Positions 19,355 through 30,175 are shown, numbered from the stretch's first letter. The stretch is DNA of 64,000 nucleotides from Vulcanimicrobiota bacterium (GCA_963733295.1 CAVTCS010000003.1:960001-1024000), one strand, 5' to 3'. Numbers and translations are program-made. The notes: a model not told the origin generated them from the letters alone.

Positions 19355-19371
19355 CTCCAAGCTAGAGCGAT

Positions 19372-20742
19372 ATGGTCGCGAACAGTACCGAGCCGCTACA
19401 ACTCACGCCGGTGGTGCGTGAGTTCGTGGCGGACACGCTGACCCCGATATCCGCCTATCTCGCCCTGGCCACTCCGGGGCGTTCCTGTTTGCTCGAGTCG
19501 GTCGAAGGCACCGATCGGATCGCGCGCTTCTCGTTTTTGGGTCTCGACTATCTCGAGACCGCGCCGATCGACGACGACCCGCACATGCTCGACCGCATTC
19601 GTGCAATCGTCGGCCGCTACAAGGTCGAGCGAAGCGGCCTGCCGTTCCCCGGCGGAGCCGTGTGTGCGTTCACCTACGATGCGGCGCGCGTGCTGGAGCG
19701 AATCGGACCGAAGCCCCCGGCGGACGTCGCCTTCGCCGACGCGCTCGTCGTGGTACCGGGTACGTGGGTCGTCTTCGATCACTTCACGCACAAGGTCGTA
19801 CTGATCGCCTTTGCCCGGGATGCGGCCGAGAGCGTCGCGGCCGAAGACCGGCTCGACCGCTACATCGCTGCGCTGCTCGCGGTTCGCCCCTCGATTCCGG
19901 GAAACGTCTGCGCCCGCGGCCGCGTGCGCGAATCGCTCGACCGGGCGAGTTTCCTCGCTCGCGTCGCCGAAGCCAAACGCTCGATCTATGAAGGCGACGT
20001 CTATCAGCTGCAGCTGGGGGTGCGCTTTTCGTGCGAACTCGACGGCACGCCCTTCGACTTTTACCGCCAGATTCGCGCGCGCAATCCGTCGCCGTACATG
20101 TTTTTCTTCGAGGCGGAGGGGCGCGCGATCTTCGGAGCGTCGCCGGAATTCTTGGTCCGTCTCGACGAGGGGCGCGCGCGCCTGCGCCCGCTCGCGGGAA
20201 CGCGTCCCCGCGGCGATTCGGTCGAACGCGATAACGCGATCGCGAGCGAGCTCCTGGCGAACGAGAAAGAGCGTGCCGAGCACGTGATGCTGGTCGATCT
20301 GGGGCGCAACGATCTGGGTGCGGTGTGCAAGATCGGCAGCGTACGTGTCGACGAGTTGATGGTGGTCGAACGCTACAGCCACGTGATGCACATCGTCTCG
20401 AACGTCATGGGCGAGTTGCGCGATGACAAAGACGCGCTGGATCTGTTCGCTGCGGCGTTTCCCGCGGGAACGGTGACCGGCACTCCGAAAATCCGCGCGA
20501 TGCAGCGAATCGACGAGCTCGAGCCGGTCGCGCGCGGTTTCTATGCGGGCAGCGTGGCCCATTTGGATTTCGACGGGAATATGGACTCGTGCATCGTTCT
20601 GCGCAGCGTCGCGACGGCGGGCGGCCGCGCCTATTGGCAAGCCTCGGCCGGGATCGTCGCGGACAGCGATCCCGAGGCCGAGTACCAGGAAGTTTTCGCC
20701 AAAACGCGGATCGTGCGCGACGTTCTGGGACTGGACCGCTGA
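19372..20742 (+). CDS. trpE: Anthranilate synthase component I
   Basis: LLESVEG, NPSPYMF, GASPE, PLAGTRPRG, KERAEHVMLVDLGRND, FPAGTVTGTPK. Confidence 0.96.
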   Translation: MVANSTEPLQLTPVVREFVADTLTPISAYLALATPGRSCLLESVEGTDRIARFSFLGLDYLETAPIDDDPHMLDRIRAIVGRYKVERSGLPFPGGAVCAFTYDAARVLERIGPKPPADVAFADALVVVPGTWVVFDHFTHKVVLIAFARDAAESVAAEDRLDRYIAALLAVRPSIPGNVCARGRVRESLDRASFLARVAEAKRSIYEGDVYQLQLGVRFSCELDGTPFDFYRQIRARNPSPYMFFFEAEGRAIFGASPEFLVRLDEGRARLRPLAGTRPRGDSVERDNAIASELLANEKERAEHVMLVDLGRNDLGAVCKIGSVRVDELMVVERYSHVMHIVSNVMGELRDDKDALDLFAAAFPAGTVTGTPKIRAMQRIDELEPVARGFYAGSVAHLDFDGNMDSCIVLRSVATAGGRAYWQASAGIVADSDPEAEYQEVFAKTRIVRDVLGLDR

Positions 20743-21321
20743 ATGCGCCTCCTGCTGGTCGACAACTACGATTCGTTCACGTATAACCTCGCCCACCTGT
20801 TCGGCGAACTGGGCGCCGACGTCAGCGTTCTGCGCAACGACGATGCCGCTCTCGAGCGAAAGTGCGTTGCCGGCACGGATGCCGTTTGCATCGGCCCCGG
20901 CCCCGGGCGGCCCCGCGAAGCTGGAAAGACCTCCGACGTCATCGCTTGGAGTCTCGCCGAAGGGCGTCCGCTGCTCGGCGTTTGTCTGGGACTGCAAGCC
21001 ATCGGCGAACATTTCGGCGGCGTCGTGACGCACGCGCCCGCGCTGATGCACGGCAAGACGTCGGCGATCGCGCACGACGCCAGCGGCGTGTTTGCCGGCA
21101 TCCCTTCGCCCTTCGAAGCGACGCGTTACCACTCGCTGTGCGTCGCCGGTTCGCCTTTCCCCGCGGAACTGCGAGCGAACGCGACGAGCGAAGACGGGGT
21201 GATCCAAGGCTTGGCACACCGCACCCTGCCGGTTTACGGCGTGCAGTTTCATCCGGAATCGATTTTGACACCGCAGGGACCCCGCTTGTTTGCGAACTTT
21301 CTGGAACTGAGCGCGCGGTGA
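20743..21321 (+). CDS. trpG: Anthranilate synthase component II (glutamine amidotransferase)
   Basis: DNYDSFTYNL, GPGPG, GVCLGLQ, TRYHSL, GVQFHPES. Confidence 0.96.
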   Translation: MRLLLVDNYDSFTYNLAHLFGELGADVSVLRNDDAALERKCVAGTDAVCIGPGPGRPREAGKTSDVIAWSLAEGRPLLGVCLGLQAIGEHFGGVVTHAPALMHGKTSAIAHDASGVFAGIPSPFEATRYHSLCVAGSPFPAELRANATSEDGVIQGLAHRTLPVYGVQFHPESILTPQGPRLFANFLELSAR

Positions 21322-22340
21322 GCGACTTCCCCGCGCTCTTGCGCGTTCTCGTCGCGGGCAACGACCTAACCGCCGAACAGATGGCCTTCGCGATCGGAGC
21401 GATGATGGATGGGGACTGGACGCTGGTCCAAGCCGCCGGATTCCTCGCGGCGCTCGCGACGAAAGGCGAGACGCCAGCAGAACTCGTCGGTGCCGCCGAA
21501 GCGATGCGGGCGCGCAGCCTTCACGTCGAACACGATCTCCCGCTCGTCGTGGACACCTGCGGCACGGGTGGCGACGGCTCGCACACGATCAACGTGTCGA
21601 CCCTCGTCGGCTTCATCGTCGCAGCTTGCGGTGCACCCGTCGCAAAGCACGGCAACCGCGCCGCGTCGAGCCGCTGCGGGAGCGCCGACGTCCTCGAGGC
21701 CGCCGGCGTGGCGATCGAGGCGCCGCCCGAAACGTCGCGCGTCCGCTTGGAACGCGACGGCTTCGCCTTCCTCTTCGCGCAGCAGTATCACCCGACGCTG
21801 CGCGCGGTCTCGCCGGTCAGGCGCGATCTGCGGGTCCGCACGATTTTCAACCTGCTCGGTCCGCTCACGAACCCGGCGCGCGCTACTCACCAAGTCATCG
21901 GCGTGGCGCACGCGGCGCACCTCGAGTTGATCGGCGACGCGCTGCAAGGTCTCGGTGCGGCAGCCGGCGCCGTCATACATGCCAAGAACGGCATCGACGA
22001 AATCGCGGGCGACGCGCCCAGCGAGGTGTTCCAGTTCGACGGTTCGAGCGCGCGGCGCTGGTTGCTGGACCCGGGCGATTTCGGCGTGAACGTTCCGCTC
22101 GAGGCGTTGGCGGGCGGTAACCCAGAAGCCAACGCTGCCTCGCTGCGCTCGCTGCTCGAAGGCGAACGCTCGCCGCGCGCCGCCGTCGTCGCGCTCAATG
22201 CTGCCCTGGCGCTCATCGTGGCCCGGCGAGCCGGTTCGATGCGCGAAGGTTTAGGTTTGGCCCATGCCAGTCTGTCCGACGGTTCGGCACTCGGAGTTTT
22301 CGAGTCGTTGCGCCGTCCCGCCGAGTTGGAGTTCGCATGA
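21318..22340 (+). CDS. trpD: Anthranilate phosphoribosyltransferase
   Basis: DTCGTGGDG, AKHGNRAASSRCGSADVLE, RTIFNLLGPLTNP; GTG overlaps the trpG stop. Confidence 0.96.
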   Translation: MSDFPALLRVLVAGNDLTAEQMAFAIGAMMDGDWTLVQAAGFLAALATKGETPAELVGAAEAMRARSLHVEHDLPLVVDTCGTGGDGSHTINVSTLVGFIVAACGAPVAKHGNRAASSRCGSADVLEAAGVAIEAPPETSRVRLERDGFAFLFAQQYHPTLRAVSPVRRDLRVRTIFNLLGPLTNPARATHQVIGVAHAAHLELIGDALQGLGAAAGAVIHAKNGIDEIAGDAPSEVFQFDGSSARRWLLDPGDFGVNVPLEALAGGNPEANAASLRSLLEGERSPRAAVVALNAALALIVARRAGSMREGLGLAHASLSDGSALGVFESLRRPAELEFA

Positions 22341-23143
22341 CCGACATCTTGGAAAGACTCTTCGCCGCCAAAGCAAACGCACTCGCGGAAGAAGAAGCGC
22401 GCGAACCGTATCCGGTCGTCGCCGAACGGGCCGAGCGCCGGCGCGGCGAGCGGCGCTCGTTTTCGCAAGCGCTGCGCGCTTCGCGCGGACCGGCCGTCGT
22501 CGCCGAGATAAAACGCGCCTCACCTTCGGTCGGCTTGATCGCACGGAAGTTCGATGCAGCGGTCGTCGCTTCGAGCTACGAAGTGGCGGGCGCCGACGCG
22601 ATCAGCGTGCTGACCGAAGCCGACCACTTTCTCGGCGAACTCGCCTACCTCGACGTTGCCCGCTCGCACAGTACGCGTCCCATCTTACGCAAAGACTTTC
22701 TGTCGACGCCCTACCAGGTGGCGCAATCGGCGGCGTACGGGGCCGACGCGATCCTGCTGATCGTGGCCGGGTTGGACGATGCGACGCTGCAGCGGCTGTG
22801 CGAAGAGGCGCAACGTTTCGACCTCGAAACGCTGGTGGAAGTCCACGATGAAGAAGAGCTGCTGCGGGCGCTCGAGCTGGAGAGCTCGATCGTCGGAATC
22901 AACAATCGCGACTTGCGTACCTTCGAGACCGACTTGGGCGTGACCGAGCACCTCTTGCCGCTCGTTCCCTCGGCGACGCTGGTCATCAGCGAGAGCGGGG
23001 TCCAGACCGCGGCCGACATCGCACGCTTGTACGCCTGCGGTGCGCGCGGCTTTCTCATCGGCGAAACGTTGATGCGGGCTGAGGATTCGGCCGCGCTGAT
23101 CGCGGAGTTCAAGGGCGCCAAGTTGGCCGAGCGCGTGCCGTGA
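22337..23143 (+). CDS. trpC: Indole-3-glycerol phosphate synthase
   Basis: AEIKRASPS, ISVLTE, LRKDF, GINNRDL, ISESG. Confidence 0.97.
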   Translation: MTDILERLFAAKANALAEEEAREPYPVVAERAERRRGERRSFSQALRASRGPAVVAEIKRASPSVGLIARKFDAAVVASSYEVAGADAISVLTEADHFLGELAYLDVARSHSTRPILRKDFLSTPYQVAQSAAYGADAILLIVAGLDDATLQRLCEEAQRFDLETLVEVHDEEELLRALELESSIVGINNRDLRTFETDLGVTEHLLPLVPSATLVISESGVQTAADIARLYACGARGFLIGETLMRAEDSAALIAEFKGAKLAERVP

Positions 23144-23790
23144 AGGCCCGCGCGGGGCGCACCCGTATCAAATTTTGCGGGATGCGGTCGCCACGCGACG
23201 TGGCCCTGGCCGTCGCCGCGGGCGTCGATGCCGTGGGTGTGATCTTCGCGGAGAGTCCGCGGCGCGTGAGTTTCGACTCGTTACGCGAGATCGCAATGGC
23301 GATCCCGCCCTTCGTCACGAAGATCGGCGTCGTCGCAAACGGGACCGAAGACGAGACGGCCCGACTTCGCGCGCACGGCTTCATGCTGCAATTCAGCGGC
23401 GGCGAATCGCCGGAGGTCTGCCAAAAAGCGTCCGGCGGGCTGCCGTACGTAAAGGTCTTTCACATCCGCAGCGGCGTCGCATACGAACCCGAAGACTTCG
23501 CCGAGCTCGAGGCTTTCGCAAATTCGCTTTGGATGTTCGACGCGAAGGAGGACGGGCGTCAAGGCGGGAGCGGCATCCCGTTCATGTGGCCGACCGTCGA
23601 ACCGATCGCCCGCGAGCGGCCGATCGTCGTGGCCGGAGGCTTGACGCCCGACAACGTGGGCGACTGCGTCCGGCTGCTGCGGCCGTACGCGGTCGACGTT
23701 CGCAGCGGTATCGAAACCGACGGTGAGAAGGATGCCGACAAGATGCTTGCCTTCGTGCGAGCGGTGAGGCAAGCCGATGCGGAAGCCTGA
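23140..23790 (+). CDS. trpF: Phosphoribosylanthranilate isomerase
   Basis: [33 protein letters not shown]. Confidence 0.95.
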   Translation: MKARAGRTRIKFCGMRSPRDVALAVAAGVDAVGVIFAESPRRVSFDSLREIAMAIPPFVTKIGVVANGTEDETARLRAHGFMLQFSGGESPEVCQKASGGLPYVKVFHIRSGVAYEPEDFAELEAFANSLWMFDAKEDGRQGGSGIPFMWPTVEPIARERPIVVAGGLTPDNVGDCVRLLRPYAVDVRSGIETDGEKDADKMLAFVRAVRQADAEA

Positions 23791-24979
23791 CGCGCGCGGT
23801 TATTTCGGCGAGTTTGGCGGCAGCTTCGTGCCCGAGGTGCTCGTCGCGGCGCTGCGCGAGCTCGAGGCGGCGATGGAAGGGGCCTTCGCCGATCCGCTTT
23901 TCTGGACCGAGTATCATGCCTTGCTGCGAGATTTCGTCGGGCGGCCTTCGCCCATCATGGAAGCGCAGCGGCTCTCCGGCGATAGTCGCGCGGCGCGGCT
24001 CGTGTTCAAGCGGGAAGATCTCAACCATACCGGCGCGCACAAGATCAACAACACGGTCGGTCAAGGACTGCTCGCGGCGCGCATGGGCAAGCGCCGCATC
24101 ATCGCCGAGACCGGCGCCGGACAGCACGGCGTCGCGACCGCGACGATCGGCGCGAAGCTCGGCATTCCGGTCGACGTTTTCATGGGCGCGAACGACGTCG
24201 AACGCCAGTCGCTCAACGTCTATGTGATGGAGCTGCTCGGCGCGCGCGTTCACCCCGTGACCAGCGGGACGCAAACGCTCAAGGACGCGACGAACGAGGC
24301 GTTTCGGGAATGGGCCGGCCGGGTCGACGATACGTTCTATTGCATCGGCAGCGTCGTCGGCGCGCATCCGTACCCGTATATGGTTCGCGAATTTCAGAAG
24401 GTGATCGGCATCGAGGCGCGCGCGCAAATCCTGGAGCGCTACGGCCGCTTGCCGAGCGACGTCGTCGCCTGCGTCGGCGGCGGCAGCAACGCGATGGGCA
24501 TTTTCGCCGGCTTCGTCGACGATCCGGAGGTGAAGCTGTGGGGCGTCGAAGCGGCCGGCCACGGCATCGCCTCGCCGGATACCGCCGCGTCGCTGGGTGC
24601 GGGAAGCGTCGGCGTGTTACACGGATCGCGCTCCTATCTCTTGCAAACGGCGCAAGGTCAGGTGCGCAATACGCACTCGATCAGCGCCGGCCTCGACTAT
24701 CCGGGAGTGGGCCCGGAGCACGCGTTCCTCAAAGAGAGCGGCCGAGCCGTTTACGTTTCGGCGGACGATGACGAGGCGTTGGCGGCATTTCATCGCTGTG
24801 CCGAACGCGAGGGAATCGTCCCCGCGCTCGAGTCGGCTCACGCGCTGGCGTATGCGCAACGGCTCGCGTCCGAGCGTGGATCCAGCGGACTCGTGTTGGT
24901 GAATCTCAGCGGACGAGGCGACAAAGACACGCGCCAAGTCGCGGAACTCGAAGGCTCGCGCCTCGCCGGCCACCGATGA
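23777..24979 (+). CDS. trpB: Tryptophan synthase beta chain
   Basis: [48 protein letters not shown]. Confidence 0.99.
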   Translation: MRKPDARGYFGEFGGSFVPEVLVAALRELEAAMEGAFADPLFWTEYHALLRDFVGRPSPIMEAQRLSGDSRAARLVFKREDLNHTGAHKINNTVGQGLLAARMGKRRIIAETGAGQHGVATATIGAKLGIPVDVFMGANDVERQSLNVYVMELLGARVHPVTSGTQTLKDATNEAFREWAGRVDDTFYCIGSVVGAHPYPYMVREFQKVIGIEARAQILERYGRLPSDVVACVGGGSNAMGIFAGFVDDPEVKLWGVEAAGHGIASPDTAASLGAGSVGVLHGSRSYLLQTAQGQVRNTHSISAGLDYPGVGPEHAFLKESGRAVYVSADDDEALAAFHRCAEREGIVPALESAHALAYAQRLASERGSSGLVLVNLSGRGDKDTRQVAELEGSRLAGHR

Positions 24980-25836
24980 GTCCGACCCTGAGCGGCGTCG
25001 AAGCTCTCGAGGCGGTCTTCGTTCGCGCGCGCAGCGAACGGCGCGGCGCACTGATCCCCTATCTTTGCGCCGGCGACCCGGACTTGCAGACGAGCGAAGC
25101 GCTCCTGGATGCGCTCGTGACGAGCGGCGTCGTCGATGCGATCGAACTCGGGATCCCCTACGGCGATCCGCTGGCCGATGGTCCGACGATCGCGGCAGCC
25201 GCTCAGCGCGCACTGGAGGCGGGGGCTTCGCTCGAGACCACGCTCGAGCTCGCGCGGCGCGCGCGCGAGCGCGGCGCTCCGCCGATCCTCTTTTTCACCT
25301 ATTTCAATCCAATCGCGCAGTACGGGTTGGAGCGTTTTGCCGCGGCGAGCGTCGCTGCCGGGGCGGCAGGCGCGATCGTTCCGGATCTTCCGCTCGAGGA
25401 GAGCGGTCCGTTGCGGGAAGTCTTCGGACGTCACGGACTGGCGATGCCACTTCTCATCGCACCCACGACGCCGGCCGGACGCGCCCTGCGCATCGCCGAG
25501 TCGAGCGACGCCTTCGTCTATCTCGTTTCGCGACTGGGCGTGACGAGTGCCTCACGAGATCCCGATTTCCGGTGGGTGGGACAACGCGTTGCGGCGCTGC
25601 GACGCCAAACGCAGCGGCCGATTGCGGTGGGCTTCGGAATCGCGACGCCGGCTCACGTCCGGTCCGCCGTCGAGCTCGCCGACGGCGCGATCGTGGGGAG
25701 TGCGCTGATCGACGCATACGCCGGACTCATCGGCGAGCCGGCCGTCGAGCGCGTCCGCACGCTGATCGCCGAGTTGGGGGAGGCTCGTCTTCGGCTGGCG
25801 CGTTCGGGGCCGGGGGACAGCCGTCCGGTCCGTTGA
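24976..25836 (+). CDS. trpA: Tryptophan synthase alpha chain
   Basis: [38 protein letters not shown]. Confidence 0.98.
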   Translation: MSPTLSGVEALEAVFVRARSERRGALIPYLCAGDPDLQTSEALLDALVTSGVVDAIELGIPYGDPLADGPTIAAAAQRALEAGASLETTLELARRARERGAPPILFFTYFNPIAQYGLERFAAASVAAGAAGAIVPDLPLEESGPLREVFGRHGLAMPLLIAPTTPAGRALRIAESSDAFVYLVSRLGVTSASRDPDFRWVGQRVAALRRQTQRPIAVGFGIATPAHVRSAVELADGAIVGSALIDAYAGLIGEPAVERVRTLIAELGEARLRLARSGPGDSRPVR

Positions 25837-25881
25837 AACGGGCGGTACCGAAACGCTCACGCACTGCTCTGGAGAAGGACG

Positions 25882-26154
25882 ATGAATACCAGGGGCTATG
25901 TTTTTTGCTTCGGCATGGCGATCGTCGCCGTGTCCTCGTGGATTCGCCCGACCGGTTCGGCGCTAGCTGCCGCGCAACCGACCTATGAATACATGGTTCT
26001 CCCCGTTCAAGTTGGGGTCGAGGGACTTGCCCGTGCTCTCAACGCCGCGGGCGCAAAGGGGTGGCGAACCTCGAACGGCGCCTGCGCGCGGTACGACAAC
26101 ATTAACGCGAATACGTTCTGTGATAACTTGGTGCTCGTTCGCGAGCGACCATAG
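25882..26154 (+). CDS. Small exported hypothetical protein (DUF4177-like)
   Basis: GGAG/AAGGA SD; hydrophobic N-terminus; YEYMVL...LNAAGAKGW motif. Confidence 0.6.
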   Translation: MNTRGYVFCFGMAIVAVSSWIRPTGSALAAAQPTYEYMVLPVQVGVEGLARALNAAGAKGWRTSNGACARYDNINANTFCDNLVLVRERP

Positions 26155-26237
26155 AGCGCGCGTGGCGCAACGTACCCGCCGGACGACGCGGCTTTCGCTG
26201 AGAGCCCGGCGGTACCGAAGAATATGCGATTCGTCTT

Positions 26238-26287
26238 TGGGGTCCCGCGCGGCTCCGTAGTGCCAGGCACCCCGCGAAGTGGGGTGC
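26238..26287 (+). repeat. Internally deleted copy 4 of the three-hairpin repeat
   Basis: tggggtcccgcgcggc joined directly to tccgtagtgccaggcaccccgcgaagtggggtgc; the 3' part is identical to copy 1. Confidence 0.9.
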
Positions 26288-26322
26288 AATTTAAAAGCTG
26301 TTCTCGCCCGGGGGTTACCGCT

Positions 26323-27549
26323 TTGAGAAAATTACGTCTTTTTCTAGCGACTTTGCTCGCGCTTTCACCCAGCCTCGCTTTTGGGGCTCCGCGCGCTAGC
26401 GCCGACGACACGACGATCGTCTTCGGCGCAGCTTTAGCGGCGACCGGCCGCGATGCGCGCGAGGGCGCGCTGACCAAAGAGGGCTACGATTTCTGGAAAG
26501 ATTACGTCAATTCGCACGGCGGCATAAAGGTCGGCGGGAAGACGTACAAAGTCGACATTCTCTATGCCGACGACGAGACGAATCCGCAAACGTCGGCACG
26601 CCTCGTCGAGAAATTCATAAGCCAAGACCATGTGAACTTCATCCTGGGCCCCTACGGGTCGGCGACGTCGGCAACGACCGCGCAAGTCGTGGAGCGTCTC
26701 AAGGTTCCCATGGTCGAAGCGAACGGCGCGGCTGAAAGCATCTTTAGCCACGGCTACAAATATACGTTCGCGGTCCTTTCGCCGGCGCGCCGGTACCTCG
26801 AGGGCGTGATCGAAATGGCGTTGACGCTCAAACCGGCGCCCAAAAGCCTCGCCGTCGTCTACGCAAACGATGCGTTCTCAACCGAGGTCGCGCAGGGCGC
26901 GGCGACGTACGCTTTCTCGCGCCGCATGCAGGTCGTCTACAACAACAAGTATCCGGCCGATACGACCGACCTCTCCGGGATCGTGAGTGCGATCAAAGCT
27001 TCGAATCCGGATCTTATCCTCAACGGCGGCCATCTGCAAGACGCGTTGCTTCTGCAGAAGGGTCTCAAAGAACAGAACGTCCTGGCCAAGGCCTATGCAT
27101 ATTCCGTCGGTCCGGACACGCCGGATTTCCGCAAATCCCTCGGCAGCGACGCCAACTACGTTTTCGGCGGCACTCAGTGGTCGGTAACCGCCAAGTACAA
27201 GGGCGTTCCGGGCTTTATCCAGACGTCGCAAGAGTACGCGAAGGAGTTCGCTGCGAAGTTCGGACACGCGCCGGACTATCACAATGCCGAATCGTCCGCC
27301 GGTTGTCTCGCGTTCCAGTACGCAATCGAAAACGCCGGCTCGCTCGATCCGCAGAAAGTCCGCGACGCGCTGGCGGCGCTCGACGTCGTGACCTTCTACG
27401 GATTGTTGAAATTCGATTCGCGGGGTATGAACGTCTACAAGCCGATGGCGGTCAATCAGATCCAGAACGGTGAGCTGGTGACCGTCTGGCCCAGCGCCGT
27501 CGCCAATGCGAAGCCGATGTATCCCGCTCCGGACTGGTCCAAGCGTTAG
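26323..27549 (+). CDS. Branched-chain amino acid-type ABC transporter substrate-binding protein
   Basis: Signal peptide LRKLRLFLATLLAL; VNSHGGIKVGGK, ADDETNP, ILGPYGS; TTG start inferred (alternative ATG at 26224). Confidence 0.88.
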   Translation: MRKLRLFLATLLALSPSLAFGAPRASADDTTIVFGAALAATGRDAREGALTKEGYDFWKDYVNSHGGIKVGGKTYKVDILYADDETNPQTSARLVEKFISQDHVNFILGPYGSATSATTAQVVERLKVPMVEANGAAESIFSHGYKYTFAVLSPARRYLEGVIEMALTLKPAPKSLAVVYANDAFSTEVAQGAATYAFSRRMQVVYNNKYPADTTDLSGIVSAIKASNPDLILNGGHLQDALLLQKGLKEQNVLAKAYAYSVGPDTPDFRKSLGSDANYVFGGTQWSVTAKYKGVPGFIQTSQEYAKEFAAKFGHAPDYHNAESSAGCLAFQYAIENAGSLDPQKVRDALAALDVVTFYGLLKFDSRGMNVYKPMAVNQIQNGELVTVWPSAVANAKPMYPAPDWSKR

Positions 27550-27567
27550 TGCGAAACTGACCCGCGG

Positions 27568-28434
27568 ATGGAGCTGTTCCTCCAGACGCTGGTAAATGGA
27601 ATTTTGGCCGGAGGGATTCTGGCGGTCGTCGCGCTCGGCTTCAGTCTGGTCTGGGGCATCATGAACATCATCAACTTGGCGCACGGCGCGTTCGTGATGT
27701 TGGGAGCCTACCTCGCGTACGTTCTGTTCTCAACGTACCACATCGACCCGTTCTTCAGCGTTCCGATCGCTTTCGTCGCGATGTTCGGGGTCGGGTACCT
27801 GATCCAGCGGTTCCTTATCAACTTCGTTGTGCGCGCGCCGATTCTGACGACGTTCCTGCTCACCTTCGGCCTGTCGCTCTTGATCGTCAACCTCGCGCTG
27901 CTCGTCTTTCATGGTGACGCCAAGGCCGTGACGACGGTCTATTCCGGCTCGAATTTTTCACTCGGCCCGGTCGTCGTGCCCTGGGTAAAGCTTTGGACGC
28001 TGATCGTCGCGCTCGCGATCACGGCTTCGATGCAAGTCTACTTGACCCGGACGCGCGAAGGTCGCGCGATACGGGCAACCGCGCTCGACATCGGAGCGGC
28101 GCAGCTCTCGGGCGTTCGCGTCGCGCACCTCTACGCCGTGGTATTCGGCCTGGGAGCGGGACTCGCCGGCGCGGCCGGCGTCCTCGTCAGCTTGTCGTAT
28201 CCGCTCAACCCTTCGATGGGCGATCCGTTCATCATCACAGCGTTCGTCGTCTGCGTGCTGGGCGGTCTGGGCAGCGTGCAAGGCGCGCTCGTCGGCGGAA
28301 TCGTTTACGGCGTCATCGAGGCCTTCGGCTCGGAATTCGTGAGCACGGGCTTACCCGATGCGATCGCGCTCGTCGTGCTCCTGGTCGTCCTGATCGTACG
28401 GCCGACCGGCATCATGGGAAAAGCGACCGCATGA
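27568..28434 (+). CDS. livH: Branched-chain amino acid ABC permease (LivH-like)
   Basis: ALGFSLVWGIMNIINLAHG, GRAIRAT, VLGGLGS. Confidence 0.9.
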   Translation: MELFLQTLVNGILAGGILAVVALGFSLVWGIMNIINLAHGAFVMLGAYLAYVLFSTYHIDPFFSVPIAFVAMFGVGYLIQRFLINFVVRAPILTTFLLTFGLSLLIVNLALLVFHGDAKAVTTVYSGSNFSLGPVVVPWVKLWTLIVALAITASMQVYLTRTREGRAIRATALDIGAAQLSGVRVAHLYAVVFGLGAGLAGAAGVLVSLSYPLNPSMGDPFIITAFVVCVLGGLGSVQGALVGGIVYGVIEAFGSEFVSTGLPDAIALVVLLVVLIVRPTGIMGKATA

Positions 28435-29411
28435 CCGCCCTGCGCAAGGCCGGACTCGGCGGAATCACCGGCAGCCCGCAGGCTTTCGTAATTTGCTGCC
28501 TGCTGTTGCTGGCCTTACTCGGGATACCGCTGCTGCACAACGGATACTACGAGAACTTGTTCCGCGGCATCCTGATGTTCGCCACGATGGCCCTCGGTTG
28601 GAACATCATCGGCGGCTACACCGGCTACGTCAGCTTCGGGAACGTTGTATTCTTCGGCATCGGAACGTACGTCAGCGGGTTCCTATCGCTGCACGGCGTT
28701 CAAAACGTTTGGATTGCGATTCCCTGCGCGATTTTCGCCGCAGCGCTCTTCGCCACGATTTTGGGCATCCCCATCTTGCGCTTGCGCGGTCACTACTTCG
28801 GTATCGCCACGCTCGGGATCGCGCTGGCGACCCAAGAGATCGTAGCCAACATCGAACCGCTCGGCGGAGGACAAGGGATCACGCTTCAGCAGGCGGAGTG
28901 GTTCGGTCAATATTACTACGCGATGTGGGCGGTCTGCGCCCTGAGTTTGATTGCGACTTGGTCGATCGCGCGTTCGAAACTCGGGTACGCGCTCGTCGCG
29001 ATTCGCGAGAACGAAGATGCGGCGGCGGCGCTCGGCATCAATCCGACGGCGCACAAGGTCGGAGCCTGGGCGATCAGCGCGACGATGCCGGCTGCGGCCG
29101 GGGCCGTCTTTGCGTTCTCCAACGGCTATATCGATCCGAGCGTCGGTTTCTCGGTCGACTACAACGTGTTCCCGATCGTCATGGTTATCTTGGGAGGTCT
29201 TGGGACCGTGGCGGGGCCGGTGGTCGGCGCGTTCTTGCTGACCGCGATTAATGAGACGCTCTGGAATCACTACCCGCAGGTGCACACGCTCTTCTTCGGG
29301 GTGGCGATCGTGCTCGTGGTCCTGTTCTTGCCGCGCGGTTTGCTGCACGTCGTGGACCGGCGCGGTGGCTGGCGCGGATTCTTGAAATCGATGAGCGCGT
29401 ATCGGGTATGA
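28431..29411 (+). CDS. livM: Branched-chain amino acid ABC permease (LivM-like)
   Basis: WNIIGGYTGYVSFG, LRLRGHYFGIATL, AIRENEDAA..LGI. Confidence 0.9.
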   Translation: MTALRKAGLGGITGSPQAFVICCLLLLALLGIPLLHNGYYENLFRGILMFATMALGWNIIGGYTGYVSFGNVVFFGIGTYVSGFLSLHGVQNVWIAIPCAIFAAALFATILGIPILRLRGHYFGIATLGIALATQEIVANIEPLGGGQGITLQQAEWFGQYYYAMWAVCALSLIATWSIARSKLGYALVAIRENEDAAAALGINPTAHKVGAWAISATMPAAAGAVFAFSNGYIDPSVGFSVDYNVFPIVMVILGGLGTVAGPVVGAFLLTAINETLWNHYPQVHTLFFGVAIVLVVLFLPRGLLHVVDRRGGWRGFLKSMSAYRV

Positions 29412-30175
29412 GCGGAAGCCTGACGGTATCCGGCGTAGGGATGCGCTTCGGCGGCCTCCAGGCTCTGGACGATGTGAGTTTCGAGGTCGCGCCCGGTTCC
29501 ATCGTCGGCTTGATCGGCCCCAACGGCAGCGGCAAGACGACGCTGATGAACGTGATTTCCGGGTTCTACAAGCCGACGCGGGGCAGCGTCGAGTTCGCCG
29601 GCCGGCGCATCGCCGACGTACCGGCTTACGAAGTGTGCAAGCTCGGCATCGCGCGCACGTTCCAAATCGTCAAACCGTTCGCCAACCTGACGGTGCTCGA
29701 GAACGTCGCCGTGGGCGCGATGTACGGTCGCGAAGGTAAGCATCGCGCCGCGACGGCAGCCTTCGAGCGAGCGCGCGATCTGCTCGACGTCGTCGGTCTG
29801 GCCCGCGTCGCGGAGCGCCCCGCAAGCGACTTGACGATTCCGGACCGCAAGCGGCTTGAAGTTGCCAAGGCGCTCGCGCTCGACCCCGAGTTGCTGCTGC
29901 TCGATGAAGTGATGGCCGGCCTGAACGCGAGCGAAGTCGGCGAAGCGCTCGACCTGCTGCGCGCCGTGAACGCGCGCGGTGTGACCCTGATCGTGGTCGA
30001 ACACTTGATGAAAGCGATCATGTCGATCTCGCAGCGCCTGGTCGTGCTCGCAGAAGGGAAGAAGATCGCGGAGGGTTCACCGCACGAGGTCACCACGTCG
30101 CCGGCCGTGATCGAAGCGTATCTCGGCGTGCGCTACACCGAGCGTCACAAACCTCCGGAGCCGGGTACGAACTGA
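29408..30175 (+). CDS. livG: ABC ATPase (LivG-like)
   Basis: GPNGSGKTT, GIARTFQ, LLLDEVMAGL, IEAYLG. Confidence 0.9.
   Translation: MSGSLTVSGVGMRFGGLQALDDVSFEVAPGSIVGLIGPNGSGKTTLMNVISGFYKPTRGSVEFAGRRIADVPAYEVCKLGIARTFQIVKPFANLTVLENVAVGAMYGREGKHRAATAAFERARDLLDVVGLARVAERPASDLTIPDRKRLEVAKALALDPELLLLDEVMAGLNASEVGEALDLLRAVNARGVTLIVVEHLMKAIMSISQRLVVLAEGKKIAEGSPHEVTTSPAVIEAYLGVRYTERHKPPEPGTN

Noticed and set aside
19316..19356. ACTAG words as a TrpR operator
   Set aside because: Spacing does not fit the TrpR palindrome; better explained as the arms of one hairpin that includes the rplQ stop.
19396..21252. 618-aa antisense ORF over trpE/trpG and similar long shadow ORFs
   Set aside because: Expected from high GC3 codon bias opposite well-supported genes; no recognisable motifs.
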